NCBI GenBank assembly: GCA_964353465.1
Contig: CAYGWQ010000002.1
Span: 1 to 60,487 of the forward strand
Direction of reading: 5' to 3'
DNA: 60,487 nt
Source of the DNA: an uncultured Acidobacteriota bacterium
GTDB taxonomy: Bacteria; Acidobacteriota; UBA6911
Below the pieces are notes generated by a model. The model ran no database searches. It was not told the origin of the DNA and saw nothing but the letters and a program-made list of their open reading frames with translations. Both the position numbers and the translations under genes were made by a program. Shown piece after piece: positions 56,648 to 60,487 of the stretch. Position 1 is the first letter of the stretch, and every line of letters starts with the position of its first letter.

Positions 56648-59384
56648 CAACAAGACCAAGATCCTTCGCGAAAGCGAGCGCTACGTCCAACAGGGCAAGA
56701 TCAGCCTGGCCATCAACGAATATCTCAAGATCATCAAGATCGATCCGCAGGATGTTCTCATCCTCAACACCATCGGTGATCTCTACCTGCGCCAGGGACG
56801 CGTACCCGAAGCCAACCGGCTCTTCCTTCAGGTAGCCGAAAATTATACCCACAACAGTTTCCTGCTGAAGGCAATCGCGGTCTATAAGAAAATCCTGAAA
56901 ACCGATCCCCAAAATCTCGAGGTCAACTCCCTGCTCGCCTCACTCTACGCCCGCCAGGGAATGAATGTCGATGCGCGCGGTCAATACCTGTTCCTTGCCG
57001 ATTTGTGTGCCCGGGAAGGAAAGATGGCCGAGTCCCTCGAGGCCTATGAGAAGGTCGTCGAAATCGATCCGATGAATTCTCCGGTTCAGCTGAAGCTGGC
57101 AGAGACCTATCTGGCGCAGGGTATGAAGGACAAGGCGTACCCGTTTTTTGTGGCCGCCGCGCGCGCCCAGATGAAAGAAGGGGACATCCCGGCTGCCGCA
57201 TCTTCATTCCAGCGTGCTTTTGCCCTGAATCCAGCAAGCCCCGCTGCGCTGAAAGGCCTGCTCGAAACCGCCTTGCAAACGCAAGACATCCGAGCTTTTC
57301 TGGATCGGTTCCAGAAATCATTCGTGGGCGCTCCCGAAGACCCGGCGCTTCAGGAACTCATCGGCCGGGCCTACCTGGCGGCCGGGGACCTCGATCTTGC
57401 CGAACAATATTTCCAGAGGGCGGTCACCGCCGACGACTCCGTTTACGACCAGTTCTTTTCCCTGAGCCGGGCGATTCTGGACGCCGGCGATCCGGACCGC
57501 GCGCTGCACTGCCTGGATCCGGTCCTGCCGATTCTGATCAGCCGCAGGGAAACTGAAAAGGTTGTAAGTGCCTATACCCGCATTCTGTCAGCCGACCCTG
57601 CGCACATCGCCACTTTGAAGAAGCTGGCCGACATTCATTCCGCGGCGAACGATGATCTGCGCTACATCGCAACCCTGGAAAACCTGGCTGTGCAGCTGGA
57701 AAGTTCCGGCAACTTTAGTGAAGCCCTGGAGTCGCTCGAAAATATCCTGCAGATCAATCCCGATAGTGAAAAGCACCTGAATAAGCATCGCGAGTTGTTT
57801 GAACAAGCCAATCCCGGTATCCCCTATAAACTGCCGCGCTCGGTGCTGGAGGCTGCCGAGCGCGCTACCCCTCCAAACCTGGACGGTGCCGAGGAAACTG
57901 CCGCCCGGGAAATATCGACCGACGACAACTCCCATTCCACGATCGTGGAAATCGATCTGCTGCTCAATTATGGGATGAAGGAAAAAGCCCTCCAGCTCCT
58001 GCGCGCTCTGGAAATCAAGATTCCCAAAGACAAGGATGTGAGGCAGCGGCTTCTTTCCCTCTACCGGGATGCAGGCGAACCTCGGCTGGCAGCGGAGCAG
58101 TGCCTGTTGCTGTCCGCCCTCCATAAGAAAGGCCACGATCTGGAGGCGTCCCAGAAGTTGTTGAACGAGGCCAGGAAGCTGGCCCCGGAGTGGGTCGGCA
58201 CCGATATAGACGTCATCGCTTTTGCCCAGGAGCGCGGCATCAGTCTGGAACCCGCCAAGGCGGAAGCCGGCATTAAGGAAGCTGGCTCCAACCTGGAGGT
58301 TGATCTTTCCGGCGACTTGTCTGAGATCTTTTTCCAGGATGCGCAAACGGCCTCGGGCCTCGATAAAAGCGCCGCGCTGCCGGCTCCGGATGCCATGGTG
58401 GATGAATTCCCGCAGGGAATTCCGCGGGCGGGAGCCCCCGAGTCGATCGAAGAGCAACTGCAGGAAGCCGATTTTTATATGCGCCTGGGATTTCTTGACG
58501 AGGCCCGCACAAAGCTCGAAGAGATCGCTGCCGTTTCTCCCGACCATCCGGAAGTGGCATTGCGATACCGCCAATTGGGGCTGGAATCCCCACCGGCTTT
58601 CGAAGCCTCCCTTATCGCGCCGCCGGAGAAGGACTCCCGGCTGCCGGCGGCCGAAGCGTCGGAGCCGGAACCGATCGCACTCCCCTCGACCGTGCCCTTG
58701 GATGTCGGCGAACCCTCCCTCATCCCCCGCGGCAATGATCTCGCCGATGCCGAGGCGAGAATTGCCGCAGGCCACCTCCAGGAAAATCATTGGTTTGAAC
58801 TCGAGATTGACCCTGCCGTCGCCTTGCCCGCTAAGCAGTCCGCTCCGTCCACGCCTGCCGCACCAATGCTGCGGGCCGAGACGCCGCCGGCAGTTCCGCC
58901 TCCCGTGGAAGCCCCAGCCAATCTCATGTTTGCCGACCTGATTGAAGAGGTGAACGCACTCACGGACCGCGAAATCGCCAGGGAGGACTTCGAGACCCAT
59001 TTCAGCTTGGGAATTGCATTCCGTGAGATGGGGCTTATTGAAGATGCGATCCGGGAGTTTCAAAGCGCCGTGAAAGTCCTGAGTCCGGAGAAATCCTCGA
59101 AAGAGCTCATCCAATGCTGCGGTATGCTGAGTACTTGTTTTCTGGAGAAGGACATGCCGCGCTCGGCCATCCGTTGGTGTCAGACCGGCTTGAGCATTAA
59201 GGAGATTTCTTCCCACGAAGTGATGGCTCTCCGGTATGATATGGCTGTCGCCCACTCCTCGGCCGGTGAAGCCCACCGGGCGCTGGAATGTTTTGCCGTG
59301 ATATTCGGCGTCGATCCGAGCTATCGCGACGTAGCCCAGAGGATTGATGATCTTAAGAGCGGTCTCGAACGGCATGCCCCTTAG
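56637..59384 (+). CDS. Large TPR-repeat protein (915 aa)
   Basis: Many TPR-like helical repeats at both ends, with a central Pro/Ala/Glu-rich low-complexity linker (~aa 660-760). It overlaps the rnhB stop by 11 nt. Confidence 0.8.
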   Translation: MASDNKTKILRESERYVQQGKISLAINEYLKIIKIDPQDVLILNTIGDLYLRQGRVPEANRLFLQVAENYTHNSFLLKAIAVYKKILKTDPQNLEVNSLLASLYARQGMNVDARGQYLFLADLCAREGKMAESLEAYEKVVEIDPMNSPVQLKLAETYLAQGMKDKAYPFFVAAARAQMKEGDIPAAASSFQRAFALNPASPAALKGLLETALQTQDIRAFLDRFQKSFVGAPEDPALQELIGRAYLAAGDLDLAEQYFQRAVTADDSVYDQFFSLSRAILDAGDPDRALHCLDPVLPILISRRETEKVVSAYTRILSADPAHIATLKKLADIHSAANDDLRYIATLENLAVQLESSGNFSEALESLENILQINPDSEKHLNKHRELFEQANPGIPYKLPRSVLEAAERATPPNLDGAEETAAREISTDDNSHSTIVEIDLLLNYGMKEKALQLLRALEIKIPKDKDVRQRLLSLYRDAGEPRLAAEQCLLLSALHKKGHDLEASQKLLNEARKLAPEWVGTDIDVIAFAQERGISLEPAKAEAGIKEAGSNLEVDLSGDLSEIFFQDAQTASGLDKSAALPAPDAMVDEFPQGIPRAGAPESIEEQLQEADFYMRLGFLDEARTKLEEIAAVSPDHPEVALRYRQLGLESPPAFEASLIAPPEKDSRLPAAEASEPEPIALPSTVPLDVGEPSLIPRGNDLADAEARIAAGHLQENHWFELEIDPAVALPAKQSAPSTPAAPMLRAETPPAVPPPVEAPANLMFADLIEEVNALTDREIAREDFETHFSLGIAFREMGLIEDAIREFQSAVKVLSPEKSSKELIQCCGMLSTCFLEKDMPRSAIRWCQTGLSIKEISSHEVMALRYDMAVAHSSAGEAHRALECFAVIFGVDPSYRDVAQRIDDLKSGLERHAP

Positions 59385-59457
59385 CCCCCCAGCAGGGTTC
59401 TCCGATCCCGGTTTTGAAAGCAGGGACAAACCGCGTTCCAGTGCGCGGCTGGAAAAG

Positions 59458-59718
59458 ATGGTCGATATCCTTACGGTCACATTCTGGCTGGTTCATATCG
59501 CCTATTGGCTGGTAGTCGGAGGCTTCCTGATACTGTTCCCATGGCTGGACTTCTGGGAGAACAATCTCCTTCTTTATCGCTTTCCCGACTTGCGGCCAAT
59601 CATCGTCAATCCCTTCCTGAAAGGAGCCGTATTGGGGCTGGGAATCGTTAACCTGATCATAGGGATTCAAGAGATTGTGCGCCTCCAAAAAGGCCTCGGG
59701 AACTACGTTTCCCGATAG
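59458..59718 (+). CDS. Hypothetical small membrane protein (86 aa)
   Basis: The ATG at 59458 is followed by two or three hydrophobic segments. The upstream track extension overlaps the TPR gene. Confidence 0.45.
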   Translation: MVDILTVTFWLVHIAYWLVVGGFLILFPWLDFWENNLLLYRFPDLRPIIVNPFLKGAVLGLGIVNLIIGIQEIVRLQKGLGNYVSR

Positions 59719-60364
59719 GCGCCCGCTTTTTTATTACATCACCGACCGGCATCAGCTTCCGCTCGCGTCCACCGAGGCCCTCCTGGAGCAGGTAAAGCGG
59801 GCGGTGCTCTGGGGGATCGACTTTATTCAGGTGCGCGAGAAGGACCTCTCCGACCGTGATCTGCTGCGACTGGCAACGCGGGCGGTGCACCTGGCGCGAG
59901 GGACGGTGTGCCGGGTCCTGGTTAATGGCAGGATCGATATTGCCTTATCCTCGGGCGCTCACGGCGTACACTTGCCGTCGAAGGGCTTACAGGCCGCCGA
60001 CGTTGTTCCGTTTCTCCCTGCCGGCTTTCTCGTCGGCGCGTCCACACACTCGCTGTTCGAGGCTCGACAGGCTGCCGAAGGCGGCGCCGACTATCTGCTG
60101 CTGGGCCCCATTTTCCCTACCGCATCCAAGATCGCCTACGGCAAACCGCTGGGCCTGCGCTGCCTGGACAGGGTTTGCTCTCTGCTCTCTCTGCCGGTTT
60201 TCGGATTGGGAGGGATTCGCCCTGAGAGAATTTCGAAGGTTCTCGCAACAGGCGCATCCGGAGTCGCAGGAATCAGCCTCTTCCAACGCGACCTGGATCT
60301 CTTCTCCCGGGACATTTGCGAACGCAGCTCGCTTCGCTCGCCAATCAATTCCCTTGGACGATAG
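59675..60364 (+). CDS. thiE: Thiamine-phosphate synthase
   Basis: YYITDR.., IDFIQVREKD, GAHGVHLP, GASTHS, and DYLLLGPIFPT. The start is uncertain (TTG at 59675, overlapping the upstream ORF by 44 nt). Confidence 0.85.
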   Translation: MCASKKASGTTFPDRRPLFYYITDRHQLPLASTEALLEQVKRAVLWGIDFIQVREKDLSDRDLLRLATRAVHLARGTVCRVLVNGRIDIALSSGAHGVHLPSKGLQAADVVPFLPAGFLVGASTHSLFEARQAAEGGADYLLLGPIFPTASKIAYGKPLGLRCLDRVCSLLSLPVFGLGGIRPERISKVLATGASGVAGISLFQRDLDLFSRDICERSSLRSPINSLGR

Positions 60365-60487
60365 GATTGTTTCGGTTGGGTCAAAAGCTGTCAGCAATCA
60401 GCCTTCAGCTTTCAGCCGACGAGCCATGCAGGCTAAGGGTCTGTCACAGAATAACAGGCCCACTTTGCTGCTGGCCCCCAGGCCCGC

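Overview
High-GC (about 60% by eye) bacterial chromosomal segment. Gene content and the abundant GC-rich intergenic hairpin repeats suggest an Acidobacteria-like organism, but this is inference and cannot be verified here. I support about 55 protein genes, mostly core housekeeping: prolyl oligopeptidase, murB, aguB, a DsbD-like reductase, metH, an orphan multi-PAS hybrid histidine kinase, pdxB, a uracil-DNA glycosylase, amidase-nadE-pncB, pcm, class I fumarase, pyrK-pyrD-pyrF, a truncated pyrR directly abutting pyrC, ftsB, cutA, tatA, selB, the ffh-rpsP-KH-rimM-trmD-rplS-rnhB cluster, and thiE. Two envelope-glycan loci together resemble an Arn-like pathway that transfers a polyprenyl-phosphate amino-sugar in the periplasm. 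The first is GT2 + GT-C/TPR + FAD oxidoreductase + Wzx-like flippase at 12.1-18.7 kb. The second is a small EamA protein + DegT aminotransferase + two SDR epimerases, one CBS-fused, at 26.0-30.1 kb. I found no rRNA, tRNA, CRISPR array, transposase, integrase or recognisable defence operon, and no convincing complete novel system. The points most worth a second look are: (i) two families of interspersed structured repeats, including about 245-nt inverted copies bracketing a 7.5-kb segment and splitting the glycan operon; (ii) an ORF-poor, lower-GC stretch (2.9-5.4 kb) holding a secreted-protein gene whose signal peptide is cut off by a frameshift plus a TGA; (iii) the pyrR remnant with no pyrB; (iv) an uncharacterised 505-aa protein with a C-terminal NucS-type PD-(D/E)XK nuclease motif; (v) several long perfect palindromes in convergent intergenic regions. 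The ORF track uses GTG/TTG starts, and several starts were moved inward on the evidence given per feature. Coordinates include stop codons.
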